A stretch of 64,000 bases of DNA, from NCBI GenBank assembly GCA_964187785.1, contig OZ076409.1:61754001-61818000 (forward strand). The letters run 5' to 3'. Below are positions 35,571 to 45,969 of this stretch, one piece after another (the stretch's first letter is position 1; each line of letters opens with the position of its first letter). The notes beneath the pieces were generated by a model, which saw nothing but the letters and a program-made list of their open reading frames with translations, did no database searches and was not told the origin of the DNA. This stretch comes from Amphiscolops sp. MND2022 (Eukaryota). The position numbers and the translations under genes are program-made.

Positions 35571-37907
35571 CTTTTTCTTTGTTTATGAACTATTGATAAT
35601 TTTTTTGTAAACCTTTATTTTTTGCACTTTGTCCAAGAACGACAGGACCTGTTATCCAATGAGCGTTTCCGAAAAGATATCTACAACTTCTTAGAAAATT
35701 TCTCTGAATGATCGAAAACCGTTTTGCAATTTTCCAAATTTTGACGGTTTTGGCGACTATGCGCAAACTTATTGGAAAATTGATTGATTAGGTTTTGTAT
35801 ACACACAAGCCGACAAAAAAACAAATAGGTATTTGGTGTTTACTTGAAGTGTTTGCTTCTGAAATGGGATGACATTATTCGATGTGTCGCACCTTTTTTC
35901 ATCAAACTTTTGTGCTTTCTCATAGTGCAATGGCTACACTTGAGTCCCAAAAATATGTCATTGCTAGAACAGTTTGGACAGAAAATATCCCGGTGGTCAG
36001 CGGGCGTCTTGTTTACATAGTTTATCCAACTGATCGATTTTCATCTATATTCAGCCAATTGCAGGTAGACCACTTCAAACTCACCATACAGAATTAAATC
36101 CACTATTTTAACAAACCAGCAAAACAGCGTCATCAGAGATGTTGTCAGATTGTCTTTCTCCTCAGATTTTTTGTGAAGGCCAGGTCTGGAACTATTCATC
36201 GAGCACTAATCATTTAGATTTAAAGCTAAAATTAGGCCTTTTATGCGTTGATGAAACTTAAGGAAAACCAAAAACTTAACAAAGCGCAGAAACAAAAAGG
36301 CAAAAGTTGTTTCTTTTTGCTGTAAATTGTTTTCACATCAAGATGTCATAACGGCTATGAAGAAGACCAAAGAGGAGGCTATGTAAAAATGTAGAAAAAT
36401 TAAAATGATGACCTTTTAGCTCCTGTTAATGCTTACTCAGAAAGATTGGGTAAAACGTTTCATCAGAGTGGAAACTGTCATCCTGGGGAAAATTCTCACT
36501 CACTGTAAGAATTTGTATTTTTTGCAATGAAGAGCAGAAAAAATTCTGCAAAAGGAAAGTGAAGAACAGCAAGCAGACATGCAATCTCAAAAAAATTGAA
36601 TGACATCTTGCATGGAAGGGAACAGCTCTAGAGTAATAAACCTCGACGGTTGTTGTGACCCAATATTTTTGATTGAATTATTTTCCTTGTTTGTGATTCA
36701 TACGTGAAATCTCTTGAATAATTTTCAGTTTTTGAATATGCGAATTGCTCATTGAAAGTTCTCCTGAATGAAATTATTCGAAAATTAATCTTTGCGTCTT
36801 GGCAAGTTATAGAAACGATAATAAGGAAAAGAAAAGAAAAAGAGAAAGAGGAAACGAATTCCTCAGGTAATTATATACTTCGAAACTGTCCCCTCTCAGT
36901 TACCCCCCCCTCCCTCTTTTCTCAGTACTCTTATATAGTATATACTTTATGTAATATCAGATATTTTACTGCCCTCAACCTTTTGTAACCTCAGTTAGTG
37001 TTTTCGGGCATTTCCTGATTATTGGTCTTCTTATGGTCTGGGGCACTCTTCCCACGACTGCTACGACATAAAAGCATCCATTATGCGAGGTCAGTAACAA
37101 CGGTGCACCGTGAAAAACGACTTGAAGAATAACATCTAAATTGGAAAAGAAAAAGATTATGGATATTAGTATCGAAAAAAGTACGAATTCTGTGTTGCCT
37201 AAGTGTTTTTTGTTCCTAGTCATATTAAAATTCAGTCCAGCTTTAAAAGTCTTCACAGTTAGAGCATGATGGCTGCATTGTACTTATTTTTGCGTCGTCA
37301 GTGTTCGAGAAGAGCGTTCCTTGAACATTCAGTTTTTTTTCCAGATCTTTGAGGAAATAAGTGTCTCCTTGCGCTCACTTGTTCGCTAGATTGCAACTTT
37401 TCTGTCCCAATTTTCCTATTGTTCTGGATGAAGTGGTTAAACAATATTTAGTTTGGTCAGTCAAAATTGTAGTTCCCGATTAATTTTTTGACAGATAAGA
37501 GTAATAATTTTAGGAGATTATTGCTCCAAGAAAAACGTGGTTTGGACTCCTCTTTAGCCTGCGTTGACATCTCGAAAGAAAAGACTGTGTTGGGGCAGTA
37601 GTTTTACTGCGACAGATCTTGACTTGTGCTTCTGCAGTTGATGTCCTCTTGCTGTCGCTGCTGACAGCGCACGGCGATCTTTTTTGTCTCGTGATCACAT
37701 GCAAGTCCTCAAGTTCTATTGTCCTTCCCACAACGCCAATTAGAGGGATACTGGACCCGTTGGGCCTGATACCGTCACAAGTGCGACATTACGGCCCACT
37801 TTAGAAGATCTCGCTTCTCATCTGCAGGTGGCACAAAGATAAAACAACAGGAAATTAATGAAAGAAAATCCGCGAGGGTTCCGGGGAGTTTATCGCAATG
37901 TAACCCC

Positions 37908-38061
37908 GCTAAATAGGCAAACAATCTAGTATCAAGCGAATCGAAGTAAATTTTTATTCCTTTCAGTTTTCGGACAAAAAGCAGCCTACCTGAAACTGAT
38001 TCGAAAATAGCTAAGAAAATCATACTCGCTAAATAGGCAAACAATCTAGTATCAAGCGAAT
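37908..38061 (+). repeat. 120-bp tandem duplication whose second unit is split by E2 (continues 53871-53958)
   Basis: Unit gctaaataggcaaacaatctagtatcaagcgaatcgaag...catactc occurs at 37908-38027 and again from 38028. Confidence 0.85.
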
Positions 38062-39643
38062 TGTCGCAGTCTGCCGCCTGCGATGGCAACAGCTACCAGA
38101 TTGTGCCTAACGACAAGAGCGACATGCCGTTGCCTGCTGGGGTGCTCCCCCTATAGGTGAAATAGACTACAGGTCCGCACAAAACTATCCAGTTAAATTT
38201 GATGTCAGTATAAAGTATTTTAGTTAGCATTTATATTATTTTACGGACCATCGGTCCACCCGTCTAGAGTAGACAGTCTGACAAACTAATATCCTAGAAC
38301 TGATTATTTATATCAATTAGATGAGTTTTCATTTGTATTTACGTGTATAACTATGTAAACCAAATTGCCAGTGAGTCTGATTAATAATATCAAGGTGTAA
38401 AGAAGCTAAAAGGTAGTAAGGAAACGCGTTCGAATTACACTACCAACAGTATAATCGACGCGTGGTCCTTTCAGTTATTAACCAATCAGCTTGCAGTAAA
38501 TATTTCATTCGCTTGTGCTATACTGTGCTTACTCTTCTAGTTGCCATTAATCGATCGGACCACCAGTCCGTCACATGTAAAATACATGTATTGCTCATGC
38601 TGAAAATCACCTATGCAAACAATGGCTTAACCAAAGTAATCCGCATGTATTTAGTCTTGAAAGGCGTGCCGCCATTTCCCCCCCCCCCACTGAGTAATTT
38701 TACTCTGGTTCTAAGAAACGTTGCTAAATATAAATATGACGTAACAGTGACGTTATCCTTTGAGGGTTTTGCCCAGATTTGTTGCTATTTTTGGATACGT
38801 GACGCTGATAAAATTTGCTTGTCATGCTTCTCTTACTATATATTGGGGAACCGTGAGTCTCCCAGGGACAATCTCTCACGCTACTCAACTCAATTCAATT
38901 ACACTCTGTTCAGTGACAATTTCTGATGCGAATTTGGACTTAAAGTCCGCAACTACCTTATTTGACCTGATTCAATATATCCAGATTTGTTTTGTTGCAC
39001 TCATTCAGTTGAAGTAACTTAGTACGAACAATATAGTGTTATTTGAAAAGAACCTTTCAAATGCCTTCGACAAGAAAGCAGAAAGCAAGGGAAAAGCGAT
39101 CAAGGCAATCAGACGTGATGTCTGATCTAGAAAATATGAATGTCATGTTGGGTAACTACCAAGAAAATCAATCAGACATTGATCTAAATGAAAATGTAGA
39201 AATGGACTTAAGGTCCAATGGTACAAGGACCGACATCGTCAGGAATTGTGAGGATTTCAGAACGTTATTGACTTCTGAAGGCAGGAATAGGTACGAAATA
39301 CCTACAGAAACCAATAGACTCATCACTGAAGAGATAACTAGTCAAATGAATAGGAAAATTGATGAGCTGAAAAGGAACTTAGACACCCAAATTACAGAGT
39401 CTATTAATTCTGCAATACATGATTCAATCCTTCCTTCTATCCAAAATTCGTTATCAGGACAAAATAGTGGGTTAGGTACGAATGTGGACTCAAGGTCTAG
39501 TAGACTAAGCAGGAACGCCGAAGGTAAAAAACACCAAAGTGCTTGGGGAGATACCCATTGTAGAATACATTCAAATTCAAACAATCATCCCCATTCTAGA
39601 GACGACTCATTAAGTTCATTAGACTGTCGGGATGATCATGACA
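38062..39643 (+). repeat. E2 5' LTR (1582 bp)
   Basis: Direct repeat of 52276-53865. Contains the gag ATG at 39061. Confidence 0.97.
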
Positions 39644-40767
39644 TGGTGACAGGAGCCAACCCTACCCCTCGTATGGTTCCTGAGTTTCTTACTGGACGTC
39701 CCACACAATCCCGAGATAACCCGCAAAGCCAAGACCCTATAGATCCTCAGTCTCCGACCACGTCACCTCAAGACCAGGAGACCATTGGTCACAATTCGGC
39801 TATAGACCCTCTCACACGCCTTGCTGATGTTCTAACAGGCATGACCAATAAGCAAACCCCACAAACACTCATGGTACGACCCGTCAGTACAACTACACTG
39901 ACCTTTGACGGGAAATCTGAAAAATTCGAACTTTTTGAAGACCTTTTTCATACAATGATAAAAATGCAACCAGAAATGACTGAAACAATGAAAATTAATC
40001 ACTTTCATTCCCTCCTACGTAAAAATGCACTACAAACCTTTCGTAACATCAACTCTGCCAATAGGCAGACCCTAGAAGACGTACTCGCGGTCTTCCGACG
40101 AAAGTACGTCAAGCCGGAATCCCAAGCCACTGCCAAACATAAATGGCAAAAATTAGTGTTCGACCCCAACACTATGAAACTTCCAGATTTTCTCGAAAAA
40201 CTCAACCAGGGAGCAGAAAAAGCGTTTGGGGAAAATGCCCAAGCAATGATAGACAGCCTTTTATACGCTAAACTGCCCCCTAAACTCAAGAGATCGGTAA
40301 ATATGGCACGGCTTGAGAACGCCTCATATGAAGAGATCGTTACCCATTTGGAACGCGAACTTGAACTAAACGGACTTGAGGGAGGTGACGACATTACTGT
40401 ACCTACAATGTCTACTGCCCCTACAGCAACACGACCTGGAACTGGCCTCCTTTCTTCTGGTATTGATCCCAATATCACCTGCAATTACTGCAAAAAACCT
40501 GGCCACGTCAAAGACGAATGCCGAAAACTTAAACGAAAGGAGGAACAACGACGCAATGACGGGCAGGATACTAAAAAAGAATATCCCAAATGCCCAACTT
40601 GCGACAAAACAAACCACCCGGCGGAACGATGTTGGAAAGGCGCTGGAGCCCACCTCAAGCCCAAAAACCTCAAGATCGAAGACGCAAAACCAGACAACAC
40701 GTCTCCCAGCCAATCCGAAACCAATAACAAACAAACTACTTCTATCTTAAAAAACCCAAAAAACTAG
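39061..40767 (+). CDS. gag: E2 gag (568 aa from MPSTRK), first 194 codons inside the LTR
   Basis: Capsid region nearly identical to E1. Two CCHC knuckles. Confidence 0.92.
   Translation: MPSTRKQKAREKRSRQSDVMSDLENMNVMLGNYQENQSDIDLNENVEMDLRSNGTRTDIVRNCEDFRTLLTSEGRNRYEIPTETNRLITEEITSQMNRKIDELKRNLDTQITESINSAIHDSILPSIQNSLSGQNSGLGTNVDSRSSRLSRNAEGKKHQSAWGDTHCRIHSNSNNHPHSRDDSLSSLDCRDDHDMVTGANPTPRMVPEFLTGRPTQSRDNPQSQDPIDPQSPTTSPQDQETIGHNSAIDPLTRLADVLTGMTNKQTPQTLMVRPVSTTTLTFDGKSEKFELFEDLFHTMIKMQPEMTETMKINHFHSLLRKNALQTFRNINSANRQTLEDVLAVFRRKYVKPESQATAKHKWQKLVFDPNTMKLPDFLEKLNQGAEKAFGENAQAMIDSLLYAKLPPKLKRSVNMARLENASYEEIVTHLERELELNGLEGGDDITVPTMSTAPTATRPGTGLLSSGIDPNITCNYCKKPGHVKDECRKLKRKEEQRRNDGQDTKKEYPKCPTCDKTNHPAERCWKGAGAHLKPKNLKIEDAKPDNTSPSQSETNNKQTTSILKNPKN
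39644..39655 (+). promoter_or_regulatory. E2 primer-binding site TGGTGACAGGAG
   Basis: Abuts the LTR end (…GACA|TGGTGACAGGAG). Confidence 0.85.
40758..40764 (+). promoter_or_regulatory. -1 frameshift slippery heptamer A AAA AAC (E2)
   Basis: CCA AAA AAC TAG ends gag. The -1 frame is open for 45 codons up to the first pol ATG at 40899. Confidence 0.85.
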
Positions 40768-43700
40768 ATTCGCCACGACTCCAATTTGATACAAAATTAC
40801 GCGTCCGACAATATATCATTTCTGATCCTTCTACCGTATTCTACACTGAATATTATTCACCACTCAAGGGCATCTCATCAGCTGACTGGCAGCAGCAAAT
40901 GAGAAACATCCCTAACCAATTCTGCACTGTGGACCTCAGGTCCAACGGACTTGACTCGACTTCATGCTCCACCTGCCCTCTTCCAGAAATACCAGACTAT
41001 AACCCCTATTATATAGATCCGGACTACGGCCTTGACCCCTACTGGGACATCCATCTCTACAATCAACATCATTTATCCTTCTATACCGACTTCACCAAAC
41101 ATCCAACAAATATCGAACCTGATTGTCCAGCAACCGATAGTGCCCTTAACAGCGTTCTAAAGAACGCATCAGTCGATGCCTGGCAAACTAAACCCAATCC
41201 CTGCACTCTACCGGCACAACACACCCAGGGACACCAATTTGACAGCTTGGGACCACAGGTCTCTTTGACTACAGCAGTCGAAGCACGATTTACGAACACA
41301 CTGGTCACCAGACAAGGTGAACCAGACTACGTACCACTGACAACCAATCTCGGACTCAAATACAAAAGACGAATGCTCTATTTTCCAATGGATTTCGGCG
41401 AACTTACATTAGATGGCCTTGTAGACACGGGGGCACTATCTAGCGCAATCCCTGAAGCTGACCTACGTAAAATCCGATTATTAGCCCCTGAGTCAATTGT
41501 CAAAGAGGGCCCTGCACCCAACTTCCAAATAATGGTAGCCAATGGGCAATTAGAAACTCCAAAGAGCACAGTCGAATTAAAATTTGAAGTCGGTGACATC
41601 GAATTTCACGAAACCTTTAATGTCATGGAAAAATTGACAAGCCCATTGATTGGCCTTTCGTTTTTACAGCGAAACAATACCATACTGGACATGCGCCAGG
41701 GAGTCTTAAGTTTCCCATTTTTCTCCATGCAATTAAAAACAGCGAATCACAAGTACACTAATGTCATGGAACCTATCTGTACTCAGGAGGATATTACAAT
41801 TCCCCCTAATGATAGACAAATGGTAACATTGGCATCCCAAATGTACGACGATACCACTGTAACCGGCATCCTCCTACCGAGCAACGCACTCATTGAGGAC
41901 GGCGATGTTGCCTTTTGCGCGGCATTGGTCACACTGACCTCTGGTCAAGTAGAAATTCCGCTCAATAATTTCACTGACCACCCTTATACTCTCAAGAGAG
42001 GCTCGCACATTGCCAATTTCTCTGTCATGACTCCAGGGCAGATGAAATACGTTAAACCCATTGAGCCAGTGACCACATGGCACCTCTTACAGGATGATCC
42101 TGAAAATGCGGCTTTCTATGTCAGCAGCTTGATTAAATCTTCCAAACCAGAAGATTTTAAAGAAAGTTATTGGTTCCCTACTCCAGAGGACCCTGGGGAT
42201 CCACAACAACACACACCCATTCAAAAACGGATACTGAAGGAAATACTCAATCTTCAGGAACTTGAAAAACTGAATCCTCAGGAAGACCCTGAGTCCAGAC
42301 GACAATTCTTGACCAACTTTGATTGGACTGATTCAACACTGCAACCACATGAAATTGCACGCATTGAGGACTTACTTGTCGAATTCCACGATATATTTGC
42401 GAGACACCGCTTTGACATTGGCATGAACGAGGAATTCACGGTTAAGCTTACGCCGAAAGACGATTCCCCGGCCTATAGCCAAAGCTTACCGACACCTATC
42501 AACCTCAAGGAAGACATCCTCGTTGAATTAGCCTTACTACAGCGCTATGGGATTATCACAACACTCCCATTCTCCAAATATGCCAGTCCCATTTTTGCCC
42601 AAAAGAAACCAAATGGTAAATTGAGACTATTAGTCGACCTTCGGAAAATAAACAACCTTATTTCAGATGACTATATCAACAATAATCATCCTGTCAGTAC
42701 GCTAAGTGATGCAGCTCAACACATGGCAGGCAAAAAACTCTTTTGCAAGCTAGATTGCTCACAAGCATATCATTGCCTGCCAATGGCGGACCAACGGTCC
42801 ATAGAGATGTTGGCGTTCAATTTCGCTAGCAGAACCTTCGCCTACCGCCGATTAGCTCAAGGTCCCAGCCGTGCCTTATCAGCCTTTTCTAGCTTTATGC
42901 GAGAATACCTCGACAAGGTTATCAAGGCCGATCAATGCGCACAATACGTCGATGACATTGGCATTGCCGCCAATGATGCAGAACAACTCATCAAAAACTT
43001 CCGGGCCACTTTCCAATGCATTAGACATGCAGGCCTGAAGCTCACTATGCACAAGTGCCATTTCGGAGCAACGGAAATCGACTTCCTGGGCCGAACGATC
43101 ACTCCGGACGGCGTACGTCCACAACGACCACGAGTCCAAAATTTTCTGGAAAAAAAAAACAAAATTCCCGAAATCAAGGAGGCATTACAGCGCTACTTGG
43201 GATTCTTAAACTATTATCGAAACTACATTCCTAGACTATCCGAAAAACTAACACCATTTTTCAAATTGCTCACTAAAGACGAGAAGGTCATGGTAACCCC
43301 GGACCTATTGGACAAATTTTCCGAAATTAACAAAGCCCTTGATCGATGTTGTGAACTAGCACTTAAACAACCTTTGCCCAACAAACAAATCGCCCTGATG
43401 ACTGATGCGAGCTTTACGGCGGCCGGATATGCAGTCCTCATCGAGGACGATCCGCTTGAGAAATATACATCAACAAGGAAAGCATACGCACCGGTGGCCT
43501 ACGGCTCCAAGACCTTCAGTCGCGCACAACTCAAAATGTCCATATACGCCAAAGAGTTCCTAGCAATTTTCTTCGCCTTCAAAGAATTCGGACACATTTT
43601 TTGGGGAACACCAAAACCGGTCATTATATTAACAGACAACAAGTCGGTCACACGATTTTTTCAAACAAAAATCATTCCACCATCCTTATGGAACGCTTGT

Positions 43701-45845
43701 GACTATGTCATACAATTTAATTTCACTATTGCCCACATTCCCGGCAAAAATAACACAGCTGCAGACTACCGGTCCCGCCTGGAAATCTCTCCTAAAGAGA
43801 AGCTGATCCTTAGAATTCGTGAAGATATACCAACAACACCAATTGAACTTCATGTCCAATCAGCCAGTGTCGCCGAGGAAGAACAAATATATTACACTGA
43901 CGATGATGATGAAACTGAAGAACAGATCTGGCAACGAAAGCGACTGGCACGAGAAAACCCCTCCCATCAGTCACCAGATATTTCACTCACAAAATTTAGC
44001 AACCATAGCAACAATATGCAAAGACTCTCAGTCTGTCAAAGATTGACCAACATCACCACTGTAGCCATAGAACAAAGTAATGATGTTATCTTACAGCAAC
44101 TTAAACTTAAATTACAGAAGGAAGAGTACTCTGAAACAATCCTCATACAAGATATTAGATACCAACATTACCTACGTCAACTGGACCGCCTGTCCATTCA
44201 GAACGATGTCATCATCAGACACTACTATGATGAAACAGGAAACATCAAATACAACCAAATACTCTTACCAAAACACCTAGTAAATGAACTCCTTGAATCA
44301 CTCCACGGAAAAGCAAATCGACATCCAGGCATTGCCAAGATGCTACAAGAAATACGATGCAAATATTACTATCCGGGAATAGCCAAATTAGTCCGCAAAT
44401 GGGTCAACGGATGCGAAACGTGCATTAAAGATAAGAGAATCAACAATCAACTGATAACTCCCGAGCTACTAAATCTACCAGAATGGACCCTAGGTCCAGA
44501 GGACGCAATGCGAATAGACCTCCTTCCAAACCTCCCGCCGAGCGGAGGATATGAGAATATTATTACCGCTATGGACGTCTTCTCACGATATCTTTTTGCC
44601 TACCCAGTCGCCGACGCATCAGCCGCAAATACGGCCAAGGTTATTATCGATATAATGACCAAACACACCTATTTGCCGACAACTTTGATAACCGACAAGG
44701 GATCTGCATTCACTTCGAAGTTAGTAGATGAAATTGCACAAATACTGGGAATTCAGATTCGTTGTGCGACCACAAAACACCCGCAGACCATAGGGAAATT
44801 GGAGAGAACTCATGCAAGTCTCAAAACAAATCTCAAAATCGCCTCCGGGGCGTACAGACGTCAGTGGCATAAATATTTACCTTTAGCGGTATTAAACTAC
44901 AATACATCATATCATTCAACATTGGGCTGTGAACCTTCAAGGATTTTTCATGGCCGAATACCATACAACATTCTCGATCACAAATTAGGACTCAATCCAA
45001 ATCCTACCATCTTACCAACCACGGATTTTGCAGAAGAATTTCAACGACGAACACAAATTTTACTTGATAATACGAAGAAAAACATCATGCAATCTTACTT
45101 AAAATACAAGGAGTACTACGACAGGAAGGCTAAAGCATCGCCTTTAAAACAAAATGATTATTGTTTTATACTACAACCTAAAGCTGATCACCAAGGATCA
45201 AGAATCCCATTTAGAGAATTTCGTTGGACAGGCCCCTACATCATCGAACAAGTCTTACCTAACGAAAACTATATTGTGCGCAAACTCAATTTCAATAACA
45301 CACAAATTTTACATCGCATTCGCCTACGAAAATATGAACCCAACGTCCCATTACGTGATGAAAGACCCGAAGGAAATTTACAGCCGGATGAAGACATTGT
45401 TATTCCTCAAGATGATCTCTACGTTAGCACATGGGAAACCAATTTCGGTGACCTACAGGCTGATCATTGTAATGAAACCCACAATCAAGACAATGAACAA
45501 AATACTAGTACTAATGATGATACTGAGGCTGTCGAACAGCCTGACCAAATTTTAACGGATGTGGACCTTCGGTCCACTGGACGTTCGTCGACTAACGAAA
45601 TCCCCCCCAACCCCATAACTCAAGAAGATGATACTCAATCTTTCAATGATAACACAACCACTTCAGGGGGGAGTGATACTATCGTGCCCGAAGTATTAGA
45701 AAGCGAAAATGATGATATGATCGTAGAAAATGAAGCCCTAGGGGAGGAAATTACAACCTACGACCTAACCCCACCCCCAACTTCACTGAGGAATACAGAT
45801 ACTAGTCAGATATATTTATTACCGGTCCCAGCATACTGTTTTTGA
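40764..45845 (+). CDS. pol: E2 pol polyprotein (PR, dUTPase-like, RT, RNase H, IN) with small lesions
   Basis: LVDTGA, YVDD, TDAS/TDN, HHCC, DDE and GPY motifs. Compensated frameshift at ~43150-43180. A 1-nt deletion near 45735 shifts out the conserved PRGG.YNLRPNP tail. Confidence 0.93.
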   Translation, partial: LDSPRLQFDTKLRVRQYIISDPSTVFYTEYYSPLKGISSADWQQQMRNIPNQFCTVDLRSNGLDSTSCSTCPLPEIPDYNPYYIDPDYGLDPYWDIHLYNQHHLSFYTDFTKHPTNIEPDCPATDSALNSVLKNASVDAWQTKPNPCTLPAQHTQGHQFDSLGPQVSLTTAVEARFTNTLVTRQGEPDYVPLTTNLGLKYKRRMLYFPMDFGELTLDGLVDTGALSSAIPEADLRKIRLLAPESIVKEGPAPNFQIMVANGQLETPKSTVELKFEVGDIEFHETFNVMEKLTSPLIGLSFLQRNNTILDMRQGVLSFPFFSMQLKTANHKYTNVMEPICTQEDITIPPNDRQMVTLASQMYDDTTVTGILLPSNALIEDGDVAFCAALVTLTSGQVEIPLNNFTDHPYTLKRGSHIANFSVMTPGQMKYVKPIEPVTTWHLLQDDPENAAFYVSSLIKSSKPEDFKESYWFPTPEDPGDPQQHTPIQKRILKEILNLQELEKLNPQEDPESRRQFLTNFDWTDSTLQPHEIARIEDLLVEFHDIFARHRFDIGMNEEFTVKLTPKDDSPAYSQSLPTPINLKEDILVELALLQRYGIITTLPFSKYASPIFAQKKPNGKLRLLVDLRKINNLISDDYINNNHPVSTLSDAAQHMAGKKLFCKLDCSQAYHCLPMADQRSIEMLAFNFASRTFAYRRLAQGPSRALSAFSSFMREYLDKVIKADQCAQYVDDIGIAANDAEQLIKNFRATFQCIRHAGLKLTMHKCHFGATEIDFLGRTITPDGVRPQRPRVQNFLEKKNKIPEIKEALQRYLGFLNYYRNYIPRLSEKLTPFFKLLTKDEKVMVTPDLLDKFSEINKALDRCCELALKQPLPNKQIALMTDASFTAAGYAVLIEDDPLEKYTSTRKAYAPVAYGSKTFSRAQLKMSIYAKEFLAIFFAFKEFGHIFWGTPKPVIILTDNKSVTRFFQTKIIPPSLWNACDYVIQFNFTIAHIPGKNNTAADYRSRLEISPKEKLILRIREDIPTTPIELHVQSASVAEEEQIYYTDDDDETEEQIWQRKRLARENPSHQSPDISLTKFSNHSNNMQRLSVCQRLTNITTVAIEQSNDVILQQLKLKLQKEEYSETILIQDIRYQHYLRQLDRLSIQNDVIIRHYYDETGNIKYNQILLPKHLVNELLESLHGKANRHPGIAKMLQEIRCKYYYPGIAKLVRKWVNGCETCIKDKRINNQLITPELLNLPEWTLGPEDAMRIDLLPNLPPSGGYENIITAMDVFSRYLFAYPVADASAANTAKVIIDIMTKHTYLPTTLITDKGSAFTSKLVDEIAQILGIQIRCATTKHPQTIGKLERTHASLKTNLKIASGAYRRQWHKYLPLAVLNYNTSYHSTLGCEPSRIFHGRIPYNILDHKLGLNPNPTILPTTDFAEEFQRRTQILLDNTKKNIMQSYLKYKEYYDRKAKASPLKQNDYCFILQPKADHQGSRIPFREFRWTGPYIIEQVLPNENYIVRKLNFNNTQILHRIRLRKYEPNVPLRDERPEGNLQPDEDIVIPQDDLYVSTWETNFGDLQADHCNETHNQDNEQNTSTNDDTEAVEQPDQILTDVDLRSTGRSSTNEIPPNPITQEDDTQSFNDNTTTSGGSDTIVPEVLESENDDMIVENEALGEEITTYDLTPPPTSLRNTDTSQIYLLPVPAYCF

Positions 45846-45969
45846 CTACAGGACTAATCTGACTTTAACCGGAAAAGATAAATCACTGCAACTACGAACT
45901 ATATACAAACACTTCAAATAGAATAAATACAACACCACAGCAAAGTTTACAAATGTACACTAGGTACAA

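Noticed and set aside
36890..37800. Purine run on the minus strand (~36903-36922) suggesting another LTR relic
   Set aside because: No paired LTR or convincing pol motifs found.
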